Shown piece after piece: positions 28,997 to 38,737 of a stretch of DNA of 64,000 bases. Where the stretch lies: assembly GCA_965247115.1 (NCBI GenBank), contig CBDFGR010000002.1:1472001-1536000 (forward strand). The letters run 5' to 3'. Made by a program: the position numbers and the translations under genes. Numbering within the stretch: the first letter of the stretch is position 1; each line of letters begins with the position of its first letter. The stretch is from Myxococcota bacterium (GTDB lineage: Bacteria > Myxococcota_A > UBA9160 > SZUA-336). A model generated the notes under the pieces. It had not been told where the DNA came from. It ran no database searches and was given only the letters and a program-made list of their open reading frames with translations.

Positions 28997-29929
28997 ATGG
29001 ATCTCAAGGTTCGGATCGGGGTAGGGACGGCGACGTTTCCCTTCTCGAGCGCCGGCGCATACTGGCGTTGGGTCGACCTGCTGGAGTCGAGCAACGTCGA
29101 CTCGCTGTGGCAAACGGACCGGCTGACGGGGAGGCAGCCCTTTCTCGAGGCCATGAGCGCGATGGCGGCACTGGCAGGGGCGACGGACAGGCTCAAGTTC
29201 GGGATGAACGCGGTGGTCGTGAGCCTTCGCGATCCGCTACTGCTGGCCAAGCAGTGCGCGACCATCGACTACCTGAGCGACGGGCGGCTCTTGCCCGTCT
29301 TCGGAGTCGGTGGGGACAACGCGCCGGAGTGGAAAGCCACGGGCAGGAGCCCGAGGCGTCGCGGGCGCCTGGCAGACGAAGCCCTGGAGATCATGCGCCG
29401 ACTCTGGACCGAAGAGCGCGTCAGCTTCGAGGGTGAGCACTTCCACTACCACGAGGCCAGCATCGCGCCGCGCCCGGTCCAGAAACCGCTGCCACTGTGG
29501 ATCGGCGGCAGCAGCAAGGCGGCGATCCGCCGCACCGCGCGACTCGGCACAGGCTGGCTCGCCGGCATCCAGTCTCCAGCACAGGTCAAGCCCGTCGTCG
29601 CCGCGATCAAGGAGGCGGCCGCCGAAGCCGGGCGCAAGATCGACGCAGATCACTACGGCGCCGGCATCCCCTTCTTCTTCGGGAGCTGGGACGATCCGGA
29701 GGTCGAGCAGATCGCGCGGGCCCGGGGGAGACTTCCCGGTGGAGCCGATCCCCGGAGCTACTTCGCGATCGGCGACGCCGCGGCCGTTCTCAACCGCATC
29801 CGAGAGTACCGAGACGCGGGCGCCTTCAAGTTCGTGCTGATTCCGATCGCTCGGGGAGACCGCGCGATCAGCGAGCAGACACAGCGCCTGGTCGAGGAGG
29901 TTCTGCCCGTCGCGCACGCCTGGACCTGA
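28997..29929 (+). CDS. LLM-class oxidoreductase (possibly F420-dependent)
   Basis: RDPLLLAKQCATIDYLSDGRL and P.P.QKPLPLWIGG. Confidence 0.85.
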   Translation: MDLKVRIGVGTATFPFSSAGAYWRWVDLLESSNVDSLWQTDRLTGRQPFLEAMSAMAALAGATDRLKFGMNAVVVSLRDPLLLAKQCATIDYLSDGRLLPVFGVGGDNAPEWKATGRSPRRRGRLADEALEIMRRLWTEERVSFEGEHFHYHEASIAPRPVQKPLPLWIGGSSKAAIRRTARLGTGWLAGIQSPAQVKPVVAAIKEAAAEAGRKIDADHYGAGIPFFFGSWDDPEVEQIARARGRLPGGADPRSYFAIGDAAAVLNRIREYRDAGAFKFVLIPIARGDRAISEQTQRLVEEVLPVAHAWT

Positions 29930-29978
29930 TCGCGCCGCTGCGCTCAGGCCGCTGGCACGACACGCCGATCCGGTTCGC

Positions 29979-31595
29979 ATGGCCGTGTCCGAGCAAGCTC
30001 ATCCCGCGCTAGTCGTCCGCGGCTCCTGTAGCGAGTGCGGCGGTCCGTTTCGCGCCGGCATCTGGGACCACTCGTTCCACTGCGAATACTGCGGGTCTCT
30101 CCTGCTGTCGAAGCGCGAGCTGGGCGGCGAAGTGTACGTCGTCACCTCGGGGCGGAACCTCGCGGTGCTCGACGTGATCATCGCGAGGGAGTCGGATGAG
30201 CTGCGCTCCAGGCTGGCCGGGCGTTACAGGAGCGATGACGGCCTGAGCCTGGAGCTCCCCGCGTTCGTCGAGGCCAAGGTGACCACGCTCCAGGCGGAGC
30301 TGCGCGCCTCGCTCGAGCTCGTGGAGACGATCGACTTCTTCGCCCCGTACCTGGTTCGCGAGCAGACCGTCATGCAGGGCATCCTGGGCAGGCGACGGGG
30401 CCTGAAGGAGTCCTTCGTCCAGGCTTTTCTCGTGGAAGAGCTGGCGCGCCGGTACGACGCCTCGGACTTCAACCTGCGGGACCGCGGCCTCAAGATCCGG
30501 GGCCTGGAGCTGCAGCTCCTGCGCGACACTCACTTCGCCGAGAGCGAGCCCCGCTTCCTTGAGGCCAACACGGCTGCGGAGTTCGACTCGCGTCTGGATC
30601 GCTCGGCGTTTCGCGTGCGAGCCGACACCCAGATCATCAGCCGCATTCACGACACGACGCGTGAGCGCCGCCTCAGCGTCTACAAGCACATGAGCTACGC
30701 CTGCGTGAAGCGCGACGCTGCTCCCGAGCGCTACCTGATCGACCGCCAGTTCGACGGCATCGCAGGCAGGCCCTCGGCGGAGGAGGCCGAGCGGTTTCGA
30801 GCCCTGCCGCTCCGGCCGATCTCCCAGGTCCTGGTGCCACCGGACATCCGGGCGATCGCGTCGCAGTGTCCGAACTGCGGCTGGGAGCTGGAGCTGCCAG
30901 CGCGAGAGAGCATCGTCTTCTGTCCTACCTGCTGGCTCGGCGTGTCGGTGACACCGGAGGGGCTTCAGGCGCACACCTACCGGGTCGAGCAGGCGCAGCC
31001 TCTGAGCCATGACCGGCGGCTGCTCTATTTCCCGTTCTGGGCGTTTCCTTTCCGGGTGCGCGCGGAGGGCGCGCTCTACACGCGACTCTGGGACTGGCTG
31101 GCCGCAGTCTCCCCCCAGCCGCTGGCGGAGCAGTTCCGCGAGACGGACCTGCCGGAGAGCACGTTCTTCCTGCCGGCGCGCGAGGTCTTCGGCAGTCCAG
31201 AGCTGGACGACGTGTTTGCCCAGCTCACCGGTTGGGTGAACTGGCGCCAGCCCGAGCTGCTTCGGGATCGCCCGCCACCCGCCGAGCGGACGAGCGCGCT
31301 CGGCGTGGAGCTCTCGCCCGCCGAGGCCTGGAAGCTCGCTCGCTTTGCCCTGCTCGCACTGCACGACGACCAGAGCACGCGCCGCCTGAACGGCGGCAAC
31401 TTCGGCCGGTACCTGGCGGAGGCGGAGACTCTGCAGGGCTCCGCGTTCCTGGCCCTCGTCCCGCTCATCAGCAGGGGCGAGGACTGGGACCCGGGTCTCA
31501 AACTACTGGGCTCCAGCGTGCGGGGGTTTCCCATGGCCCGGATCGAGGGCAGCGCCGCCAGGGCGCGACTGACCAAGAGCTTCAACCTCGTGTGA
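29979..31595 (+). CDS. Hypothetical protein with two Zn-ribbon domains
   Basis: CSEC...CEYC at the N-terminus, CPNC...CPTC centrally, then YFPFW. Confidence 0.75.
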   Translation: MAVSEQAHPALVVRGSCSECGGPFRAGIWDHSFHCEYCGSLLLSKRELGGEVYVVTSGRNLAVLDVIIARESDELRSRLAGRYRSDDGLSLELPAFVEAKVTTLQAELRASLELVETIDFFAPYLVREQTVMQGILGRRRGLKESFVQAFLVEELARRYDASDFNLRDRGLKIRGLELQLLRDTHFAESEPRFLEANTAAEFDSRLDRSAFRVRADTQIISRIHDTTRERRLSVYKHMSYACVKRDAAPERYLIDRQFDGIAGRPSAEEAERFRALPLRPISQVLVPPDIRAIASQCPNCGWELELPARESIVFCPTCWLGVSVTPEGLQAHTYRVEQAQPLSHDRRLLYFPFWAFPFRVRAEGALYTRLWDWLAAVSPQPLAEQFRETDLPESTFFLPAREVFGSPELDDVFAQLTGWVNWRQPELLRDRPPPAERTSALGVELSPAEAWKLARFALLALHDDQSTRRLNGGNFGRYLAEAETLQGSAFLALVPLISRGEDWDPGLKLLGSSVRGFPMARIEGSAARARLTKSFNLV

Positions 31596-31683
31596 GAGCT
31601 CCTCAAGCTGGGCCCGGAGCACGCCGAAGCACCTCTTTGCACCTGGCGCTCTTGACCTTCGCTGACGAACGGGGAGCACGGCT

Positions 31684-32172
31684 TTGACAGATCTCAATCG
31701 AGTGATTCGCGGCCAGAGGAACGCCCTCGAGGCCCTGGTCCAGCACGTCCCCGGCTTTCGCGGCTACTTCGATCGGGAGAATCGGCGCGAGGCAGACCGT
31801 CTGGTCCGCGACTTCGGCGTGACCCGGCTCGAGCGTCTTTGCTCGGAGCTCAGCGAGACCACCAAGCAGGCTGCGCTCTCCGAGATGGACACCTATCAGG
31901 AGACGATCAACCAGGCGGAGACTCTGCGCAACGCCCTGCGCCATGCCGACCAGGGCTACTCGGGCTTTTTCGCGGAGATCAAGTGGGACGACGAGGACGC
32001 CCTGCAGGCCGTCTACTGCCTGGACCTGGAGCTGGTCCTCGACATCGAAGCACTCGTCTCGGACTTCGATTCCGGAGCACCCGCGCCCGAACGACTTCGC
32101 GGCGAGCTCGTAGGACTCAAACGCAGGCTCGAAGATCGCCGCGCCGCGATCCTCGGCCTGGTCGGGGAGTGA
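31684..32172 (+). CDS. Conserved hypothetical helical protein
   Basis: GGAG RBS and TTG start; VPGFRGY...RREADRLVR and ADQGYSGFF segments; 5 nt from the next gene. Confidence 0.75.
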   Translation: MTDLNRVIRGQRNALEALVQHVPGFRGYFDRENRREADRLVRDFGVTRLERLCSELSETTKQAALSEMDTYQETINQAETLRNALRHADQGYSGFFAEIKWDDEDALQAVYCLDLELVLDIEALVSDFDSGAPAPERLRGELVGLKRRLEDRRAAILGLVGE

Positions 32173-32177
32173 GCGGC

Positions 32178-33314
32178 ATGTCGCAGTTCATCGAGGTCAT
32201 CGAAAGCCTGGACACAACGGGCGACACCATCGTGTCGCGCTATCCCGCGGACGGTTCCGCCGAGATCAAGCTGGGGGCGCAGCTCGTCGTCCGTGAGAGC
32301 CAGGCGGCGGTTTTCTTCCGAGACGGACGAGCTCTGGATACGCTCGGGCCGGGGCGCCACACGCTGTCGACGCTGAACGTGCCCATCCTGACCAAGGTGC
32401 TGTCGCTGCCGACCGGGTTCACGAGCCCCTTCCGCGCGGAGGTCTACTTCCTGAACCTCAAGACCTTCACGAATCAGAAGTGGGGAACCACAGAGCCCAT
32501 CCTGTTCCGCGACGAGGAGCTGTCGATGGTTCGGCTGCGCTCGTTCGGCATGTTCTCGTTCCGGATCACAAACGCCCAGGTGTTTCTCAACACGCTCTCC
32601 GGGACCGTCGGACGCCTTTACACCGACTGCATCGCGTCGTTCTTCCGCAGCTTCATCATCACGCAGGTCGCGGACTTCCTCGGCGAGCACCTGCGGAGCG
32701 TGCTCGACCTCGCGCAGTACTACAACGAGCTGAGCGCGGGCATCAAGGCGCACCTGATCTCGGACTTCGAGAAGTACGGCGTCACCGTCAGCGACTTCAA
32801 GATCCTGTCGATCTCGCCGCCCGACCACGTCCAGGAGATGATCGACAAGCGGGCCGGCATCGCGGCTGTTGGCAGCTTGGACAACTTCCTGCGCTATCAG
32901 GCCGGACACGCGCTGGGTATGGTCGGCGAGGCGGAGGGTGGAGAGGGCAGCTCCCTCTTGGGAGCCGGCGTCGGTCTCGGTGCCGGTGTGGGGATGGGCA
33001 CCGGCGTTGCCGGCATGGTCTCGCAGGCGCTGTCCGGTGCAACGACTGGAGCTGCCGCGACAGGCTCGGTCTGCGCACGCTGTGCCGGCCAGATTCCGCC
33101 GGGCGCCGGCTTCTGTCCTGGTTGCGGAGGCCCGGTTGCGACCGCAACGAGCTGTACCAGCTGCCAGGCAAACGTCCCCGATGCGGCGAACTTCTGCCCC
33201 CAGTGCGGGGCCCAGCAAGGCGGCGCGCCATGTCCGAATTGCGAGGAGCAGATCGCGCTGGAGGCTCGTTTCTGCCCGAGCTGCGGGCACGGGCTCGAGG
33301 ATCCCGGCGCCTAG
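32178..33314 (+). CDS. SPFH (band 7)-domain protein with C-terminal zinc ribbons (YdjI-like)
   Basis: QLVVRESQAAVF...GPGRHTL.T.N.P, PFRAEVYF, KWGT; Gly-rich linker; three CxxC...FCPxCG repeats. Confidence 0.88.
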   Translation: MSQFIEVIESLDTTGDTIVSRYPADGSAEIKLGAQLVVRESQAAVFFRDGRALDTLGPGRHTLSTLNVPILTKVLSLPTGFTSPFRAEVYFLNLKTFTNQKWGTTEPILFRDEELSMVRLRSFGMFSFRITNAQVFLNTLSGTVGRLYTDCIASFFRSFIITQVADFLGEHLRSVLDLAQYYNELSAGIKAHLISDFEKYGVTVSDFKILSISPPDHVQEMIDKRAGIAAVGSLDNFLRYQAGHALGMVGEAEGGEGSSLLGAGVGLGAGVGMGTGVAGMVSQALSGATTGAAATGSVCARCAGQIPPGAGFCPGCGGPVATATSCTSCQANVPDAANFCPQCGAQQGGAPCPNCEEQIALEARFCPSCGHGLEDPGA

Positions 33315-33353
33315 CAGCAATCCGGGGCGGACCCGCTTAGACTTGGCTCCGAG

Positions 33354-34718
33354 ATGGGTCAGGGCTTACTTACCGATCTGTACCAGATCACGATGGCCAA
33401 CGCCTACTGGAACAGTGGCTTGGCCGAGCGCGAGGCGGTCTTCCAGCTCTACTTCCGCCGGAACCCGTTCGGCGGGGGCTATGCAGTGGCTGCGGGGCTG
33501 GCCGCGGCGATTGACTCACTGGAGTCCCTGTCTTTCGACGACGAGGATCTGGCCTACCTCGCGAAGCTCCAGGGAAACGACGGCCGCCCGCTCCTGGACC
33601 GAGGGTTCCTGGCGGGGCTCCGAAGCCTGCGCTTCGACTCCGACCTCGACGCGGTGCCTGAGGGGACCGTGGTGTTCGAGGGGGAGCCGTTGCTGCGCGT
33701 CCGCGGCGCCATCGTCCAGTGCCAGCTGGTCGAGACGGCTCTCCTGAACCTGCTGAACTTCCAGACCCTGGTGGCAACGAAGGCGGCCCGAGTCTGCCTC
33801 GCAGCGGCCGGAGATCCGGTGCTCGAGTTCGGGCTCCGGCGCGCGCAGGGACCGGATGGCGGGGTGTCGGCCAGTCGCGCCGCCTATCTCGGCGGCTGCG
33901 CCGCGACCTCGAACGTGCTGGCTGGCAAGCGCTTCGGCATCCCGGTCCGCGGCACGCACGCTCACAGCTGGGTCATGGCCTTCGACAGCGAGCAGGGGGC
34001 CTTCGAGGCGTGGGCCGAGGCTATGCCGAACAACTGCGTCTTCCTGGTGGACACCTACGACACGCTGGCGGGGGTGCGTCTGGCCGTGAAGGTGGGAACC
34101 CGTCTGCGCGAGCGCGGCCACGAGCTTGCCGGCGTCCGGCTCGATTCGGGGGATCTTGCCGATCTGAGTGTGGCGGCGCGCCAGCTGCTCGACGCGAGTG
34201 GCTTCCCGAAAGCGGAGATCGTGGCCAGCAACGATCTCGACGAGCACGCGATCGAAGCGCTCAAGCGACGAGGCGCTGCCGTCAGCGTCTGGGGAGTCGG
34301 GACTCGGCTCGCCACCGCGCACGACGATCCGGCCCTTGGCGGGGTGTTCAAGCTGGCGGCAATGCGAGATGCGGAGGGCCGCTGGACCTATCCCGTGAAA
34401 CACTCGGAGGACCCGGAGAAGTCGACGCTGCCTGGCATCCACCAGACGCGCCGCTTTCTGCACGGCCGCAAGTTCCTGCGAGACCTGATTTTCGACGCGG
34501 AGCTCGGCGCGGACCAGACCGACGAGCCACACGAGGATCTCCTCAGACCAGTTCTGCGGTCCGGACGCCGGGTCGAAGAGCCCCCTACCCTGGACGAGTC
34601 GCGCGCGCACGCGCTCGATCAGCTCGCGCGGCTTCCCGCCGGGACGAAGCGGCTCGTGAACCCCGACCCCTATCCGGTGGAGGTCGACACCCGCCTCGCA
34701 GCCCGCACGCGCACGTGA
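33354..34718 (+). CDS. pncB: Nicotinate phosphoribosyltransferase
   Basis: [37 protein letters not shown] and SNDLDE. Confidence 0.93.
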   Translation: MGQGLLTDLYQITMANAYWNSGLAEREAVFQLYFRRNPFGGGYAVAAGLAAAIDSLESLSFDDEDLAYLAKLQGNDGRPLLDRGFLAGLRSLRFDSDLDAVPEGTVVFEGEPLLRVRGAIVQCQLVETALLNLLNFQTLVATKAARVCLAAAGDPVLEFGLRRAQGPDGGVSASRAAYLGGCAATSNVLAGKRFGIPVRGTHAHSWVMAFDSEQGAFEAWAEAMPNNCVFLVDTYDTLAGVRLAVKVGTRLRERGHELAGVRLDSGDLADLSVAARQLLDASGFPKAEIVASNDLDEHAIEALKRRGAAVSVWGVGTRLATAHDDPALGGVFKLAAMRDAEGRWTYPVKHSEDPEKSTLPGIHQTRRFLHGRKFLRDLIFDAELGADQTDEPHEDLLRPVLRSGRRVEEPPTLDESRAHALDQLARLPAGTKRLVNPDPYPVEVDTRLAARTRT

Positions 34719-34897
34719 GAGCACTCATCCTCGTCGACCTGCAGAACGACTTCCTGCCCGGAGGCTCGCTCGCGGTGCCCGATGGAAACGGCGTGATCGA
34801 CGTCGCCAACGCGGTCCAACCCCGCTTCCCCCTGGTCGTCTGAGTCCGCCGAGGGACGTTCCCGACCTCCGAGGTCTGGCTGCTTGGGCTTGCGACC
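34715..34897 (+). pseudogene. pncA: Nicotinamidase remnant
   Basis: GTG coupled to the pncB stop; [20 protein letters not shown].. stops after 42 aa; a second fragment EVWLLGLAT at 34871-34897. Confidence 0.82.
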
Positions 34898-34907
34898 GCG
34901 GCGCAAC

Positions 34908-35702
34908 TTACGGAGAGATCAGCTTCGAGAGCGTGTGGAGCGCCCGCTCCATGCGCGGGCCGTACCAGCTCAGGAGCTCGCCCTCGATCACATGGATCCT
35001 ACCGCTACGAGCTGCGGCGCAATCGAGCTGCAAGAGCTCGTTCCGATCGGACTCACCGAAGCAGTACGGCTCCGTGGGCAGAAGGATCACCTCCGGTGCG
35101 GACTCCTCCAGTCGGCGCTCGTCGATGCGCGGATAGCGCTTCTGGCCAGCAAAGCAGTTGACGCCACCGCAGACCCGCATGAGATCGTGCGCGAAGGTGT
35201 CCTCACCGACCGCCATGTATGGGTGCTTCCAGATGAGCGCCGCCACCCGGTCTCCTTCCTCGCGCGGGGAGGTCTTTGCCCGCGCGAGTTCGACACGCAG
35301 GGCGATCTGCTCCGCTACGGGTGAGGTTCCCGTCAATAGGCCAAGTGTGCGGATGTCTTCGATGGCCTCGGCGAGCGTGCGCGCGTACGTGACGAACACC
35401 CGTACACCCGCGGCTTCCAGGCGCTCAACGTCGCGCCGCCGGTTCTCCTCCTTGTTCGCGATGACCAGATCGGGCTCCAGGCCCAGGATCGTGTCGAGCG
35501 AGGGATTCTTCGTCCCTCCGACGTGGGTCTTAGAGTGCACGCCCTCCGTCGGGTGAACACAGAACTCGGTAACTCCAACGATCTCGATGTCCAGACCGAG
35601 AGCGAAGAGCGTCTCGGTGATCGACGGGACGAGCGACACGACTCGCTGCGGAGGGCGCTCAAAGTCGTGGCTCCTGCCGAGCGCGTCCAGGATTCGCGGC
35701 AT
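34908..35702 (-). CDS. Helical-backbone metal/cobalamin-binding protein (BtuF-like)
   Basis: PQRVVSLVPSITE, GGTKNP, NKEEN and GELLSWYGPR. Confidence 0.82.
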   Translation of the reverse strand: MPRILDALGRSHDFERPPQRVVSLVPSITETLFALGLDIEIVGVTEFCVHPTEGVHSKTHVGGTKNPSLDTILGLEPDLVIANKEENRRRDVERLEAAGVRVFVTYARTLAEAIEDIRTLGLLTGTSPVAEQIALRVELARAKTSPREEGDRVAALIWKHPYMAVGEDTFAHDLMRVCGGVNCFAGQKRYPRIDERRLEESAPEVILLPTEPYCFGESDRNELLQLDCAAARSGRIHVIEGELLSWYGPRMERALHTLSKLISP

Positions 35703-35703
35703 C

Positions 35704-36801
35704 TCAGCTCGGCGCGGCCCACGGATCGGGATCGAGGTCGAGGAAGCTCAGGGTCTCGGCCCCGAGCGCCGCGAGCGCCGCGTACAGGCGCTCGAGTCCC
35801 GGACGCTCCGTCGGGGCGTGTCCGGCATCGAGGAGACACATGCCTCGATCTTGGGCCGCTCGCGCAGCGTGGTGGCCCAGATCGCCCGTCACGACGGCGT
35901 CCGCGCCCGCCGCCGCGGCCAGGCTCAGCAGCTCAGAGCCCGAGCCGGGGATCACCGCGACCCGGTCGAGCACCCGGTCGGGGTCGCCGGCACGACGCAG
36001 CGTCTTCGTGTGTAGCTCCTCGGCCGCGCGCTGCGCCAGCCCCTGGAGCGTGGTCCCCGCGGCGGGTGTCCCGACTCGCCCGACCATTCCTGCGTTGCCA
36101 TGGCGCTCGTAGACGTCGTAGGTAGGCTCCTCGTAGGGATGTGCAGCCACGAGCGCTCCCAGTGCCAGAGCTTCCTTGGATCGCGGCACCACGAACTCGA
36201 GCCGTACCTCGGGTTCCTCGTTCAGCCGTCCCTGCTTGCCCGTGCGGGGCTGGGTAGCAGCTCCGGCGAAGAAGGTCCCCACGCCCTCGGAACGGTAGGA
36301 GCAGCTCGAGTAGTTCCCGATCCGCCCCGCGCCCGCGGCGGAGACCGCCTGGAGCACCGACGGCGCGGCCTCCACGGGCAGAAAGGTGACGATCTTCAGG
36401 ACATCTTGGCCGTACAGGGGGGCGAAGCCGGAGAGCTCGTCCAGGCCGAGTACCTCCGCCAGTGCGTCGGAGGTTCCTCCCTCGGCGACGTCGAAGTTCG
36501 TGTGGACCACGGCCAGCGCCGTGCCAAGGCGCGCCAGCCGCAACGTCCTGCCTTCCGGCGTCGCTCCACTGAGCAGAGTGTTCGTGGACCGGAACAGCAA
36601 CGGGTGGTAGCTGACGAGCAGGTCCACGGGACCTTGCTCCAGACGCGCGACGACCTCCTCGGTCACCTCGTGACACACTGCAACTCGTTCCACACGTGCA
36701 GAGGCATCTCCAAGCTGGAGGCCGACCGGATCCCAGGCCGCCGCCTTCTCAAACGGCGCACGCTGACCGAGCGAGGCGAGAAAGTCGGCTACCGTCCGCA
36801 C
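35704..36801 (-). CDS. Nif3-like dinuclear metal-centre protein with inserted PII-like domain (YqfO type)
   Basis: WDPVGLQLG, HPLLF, HTNFD, GAGRIGNY, HPYEEP and GH..TE. Confidence 0.88.
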   Translation of the reverse strand: MRTVADFLASLGQRAPFEKAAAWDPVGLQLGDASARVERVAVCHEVTEEVVARLEQGPVDLLVSYHPLLFRSTNTLLSGATPEGRTLRLARLGTALAVVHTNFDVAEGGTSDALAEVLGLDELSGFAPLYGQDVLKIVTFLPVEAAPSVLQAVSAAGAGRIGNYSSCSYRSEGVGTFFAGAATQPRTGKQGRLNEEPEVRLEFVVPRSKEALALGALVAAHPYEEPTYDVYERHGNAGMVGRVGTPAAGTTLQGLAQRAAEELHTKTLRRAGDPDRVLDRVAVIPGSGSELLSLAAAAGADAVVTGDLGHHAARAAQDRGMCLLDAGHAPTERPGLERLYAALAALGAETLSFLDLDPDPWAAPS

Positions 36802-36854
36802 ACGTCGGATGGTAGCGCCTTTGCCGGCGCTGCCGACTGAGGTACGATCCCGTG

Positions 36855-37073
36855 ATGCACATCTCGATTACGTACTGCGGGGCCTGAAACTACCTCCCGC
36901 AGGCCACCAGTCTGGCGGCCACGATCAAGGCAGAAGTCGGCGTCGAGACCGAGTTGATTCGCGGCGGCAGCGGCGTCTTCGACGTAGAGGTCGACGGCCG
37001 CACGATCTACTCCAAATCCGAGACCGGCCGCTTCCCCGAGCCGGACGAGATCCTCCCGGAGCTCAAGGGGTAG
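36855..37073 (+). CDS. SelW/SelT/SelH (Rdx) family selenoprotein, UGA recoded as Sec
   Basis: MHISITYCGA-UGA-NYLPQA...GGSGVFDVEVDGRTIYSKSETGRFPEPDEI; UGA at 36885-36887 gives a CxxU motif. Confidence 0.9.
36902..36920 (+). promoter_or_regulatory. Bacterial SECIS-like hairpin
   Basis: GGCCACCA-GTC-TGGCGGCC stem-loop; apical G at 36910, 22 nt after the UGA. Confidence 0.65.
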
Positions 37074-37078
37074 TGGGC

Positions 37079-37184
37079 CTTTTGGGACCCGGCCGCGGGC
37101 GTCCGCGGCCACCCACCTCCGCTCAGGCCAGGGGCCTTCGCTGCGCGCGCCGCTCTCGCAGCGCTTGCGCGGGTGCTTGGTCGA
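37079..37184 (+). repeat. REP-like palindromic repeat, copy 1
   Basis: Near-identical to the reverse complements of 37605-37711 and 41313-41411; three internal hairpins. Confidence 0.9.
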
Positions 37185-37238
37185 GGACGGGGTCGGGAGA
37201 TGTCGACAGGGATGGAGGCGCGGCCTAGGCTCCGTCGC

Positions 37239-37601
37239 ATGAGGCGTCGGCTTCTGGTTGTCACAACGGCCGCGATCCTCGGCGTGGGTTGTCTGGGGCC
37301 AACGCCGAATCCGGAAACTTGCAGGATCGAGATCGTCGGCGTCGAGAGCGCCGTCAACAACAACAGAGGCTTCGACATCTCGTACCGCGTGAAGGGGTAC
37401 GCGGGAACACCAGGGGTCGTCTCACTCGTCGCGCAACGACACGACGGCGGCTACCTGTCGGGAAAGGGCGTCGACGTCGGCCCCGGAGCTTTCGTCGCAA
37501 TCATCGAGCAAAAGCTCACCGGTCCCGCAACAGGCTACGTCGCCCTGCTCGAAGTCGCCGACAGCCGCTCCCGCGCCAACGCCAAACCACCAGAGGCCTA
37601 G
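37239..37601 (+). CDS. Hypothetical lipoprotein
   Basis: MRRRLLVVTTAAILGVGC signal/lipobox; TAGGCT -10 box 7 nt upstream; lies between two inverted repeats. Confidence 0.7.
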   Translation: MRRRLLVVTTAAILGVGCLGPTPNPETCRIEIVGVESAVNNNRGFDISYRVKGYAGTPGVVSLVAQRHDGGYLSGKGVDVGPGAFVAIIEQKLTGPATGYVALLEVADSRSRANAKPPEA

Positions 37602-37604
37602 CAG

Positions 37605-37711
37605 TCGACCTCGGCACCGCAGCAAGCGCCGCGAACGCGGCGCGCGCAGCGAAGGCCCTCGGCCTGAGCGGAGGTGGGTGGCCGCGGACGCCCGCGGCCG
37701 GGTCCCACAAG
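37605..37711 (-). repeat. REP-like palindromic repeat, copy 2 (inverted relative to copy 1)
   Basis: Minus strand reads CTTGTGGGACCCGGCCGCGGGCGTCCGCGGCCACCCACCTCCGCTCAGGCC... Confidence 0.9.
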
Positions 37712-38737
37712 TTACGAGACGGTCCAGCGGTCGCCGGCGAAGAGGAGGTCGGCGAGGCCTGCGTCGCCATGCGCGAGCTCGGCCTGGGACTGCTCCTGCG
37801 TTTCACCGTCGAAGGTTGGCTCCTCCACGGCCCGCAGCACGCCGATCGGCGTGGGGAAGTCGGGCGCCTCGCAGCGGGCCAGCAACATGGACAACGTCGG
37901 GTCCCGATTCGTCTCGTCGTGCAGGACCTCCACGCCGTCGTCCTTGGCACCGACGTGACCAGCGTAGAGGCGCAGGTAGGTCGGGTTTAGCTTGAGCATA
38001 CGATCGTGATCGTTGCCGTAGATGAGCGGCTGACCGTTCTCGAGCACGAGCAGGTGGTCGGACTTGATCTTGCGGTCCTTGACCTCATCGAACACACCGT
38101 CGTTATAGACCGGGCAGTTCTGGTAGATCTCGAGGAAGGCAGAGCCTTTGTGCTCGGCCATCCGGCGAATCATTTCCTGCAGGTGACGGGTCTCCGTGTC
38201 TACCGTCCGCGCGACGAAGGTCGCCTCGGCTCCCAGCGCCAGCGAGAGGGTGCGAAATGGCCGGGCCACCGATCCGTTTGGCGACGACTTCGTCTTCATG
38301 CCGATCTCGGAGGTGGGCGAGAACTGACCCTTGGTCAGCCCGTAGACCTTGTTGTTGAACAGCAGGATCTTCAGATCCACGTTGCGACGCAGCATGTGGA
38401 TCAGGTGGTTTCCACCGATAGACAGCCCATCACCGTCGCCGGTCACCACCCACACGGACAGGTCGGGTCGTGCGATCTTCAGTCCGGTCGCGATGGCCGG
38501 CGCGCGCCCGTGAATCGTGTGAAAACCGAACGTGTCCATGTAGTACGGAAAGCGCGAGCTGCAGCCGATCCCGGACACGAAGACGATGTTCTCGCGCGGG
38601 ACGCCCAGCTCGGGCATGACCTTCTGCATCTGGGCGAGGATGGCGTAGTCGCCACAGCCCGGGCACCAGCGCACCGCCTCGTCCGGAATGAAGTCCTTCT
38701 TGGTCAGCTTCGGGGCATCTGCGGTCTGAATGCTCAT
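37712..38737 (-). CDS. korB: 2-oxoacid:ferredoxin oxidoreductase beta subunit
   Basis: WCPGCGD, SGIGCSSR, HGRA and the GDGD TPP-binding motif. Confidence 0.92.
   Translation of the reverse strand: MSIQTADAPKLTKKDFIPDEAVRWCPGCGDYAILAQMQKVMPELGVPRENIVFVSGIGCSSRFPYYMDTFGFHTIHGRAPAIATGLKIARPDLSVWVVTGDGDGLSIGGNHLIHMLRRNVDLKILLFNNKVYGLTKGQFSPTSEIGMKTKSSPNGSVARPFRTLSLALGAEATFVARTVDTETRHLQEMIRRMAEHKGSAFLEIYQNCPVYNDGVFDEVKDRKIKSDHLLVLENGQPLIYGNDHDRMLKLNPTYLRLYAGHVGAKDDGVEVLHDETNRDPTLSMLLARCEAPDFPTPIGVLRAVEEPTFDGETQEQSQAELAHGDAGLADLLFAGDRWTVS

Noticed and set aside
36789..37228. ORFs 36809-37228 (+) and 36789-37112 (-)
   Set aside because: Alternative frames over the selenoprotein gene and repeat; the UGA-containing frame carries the family motifs.
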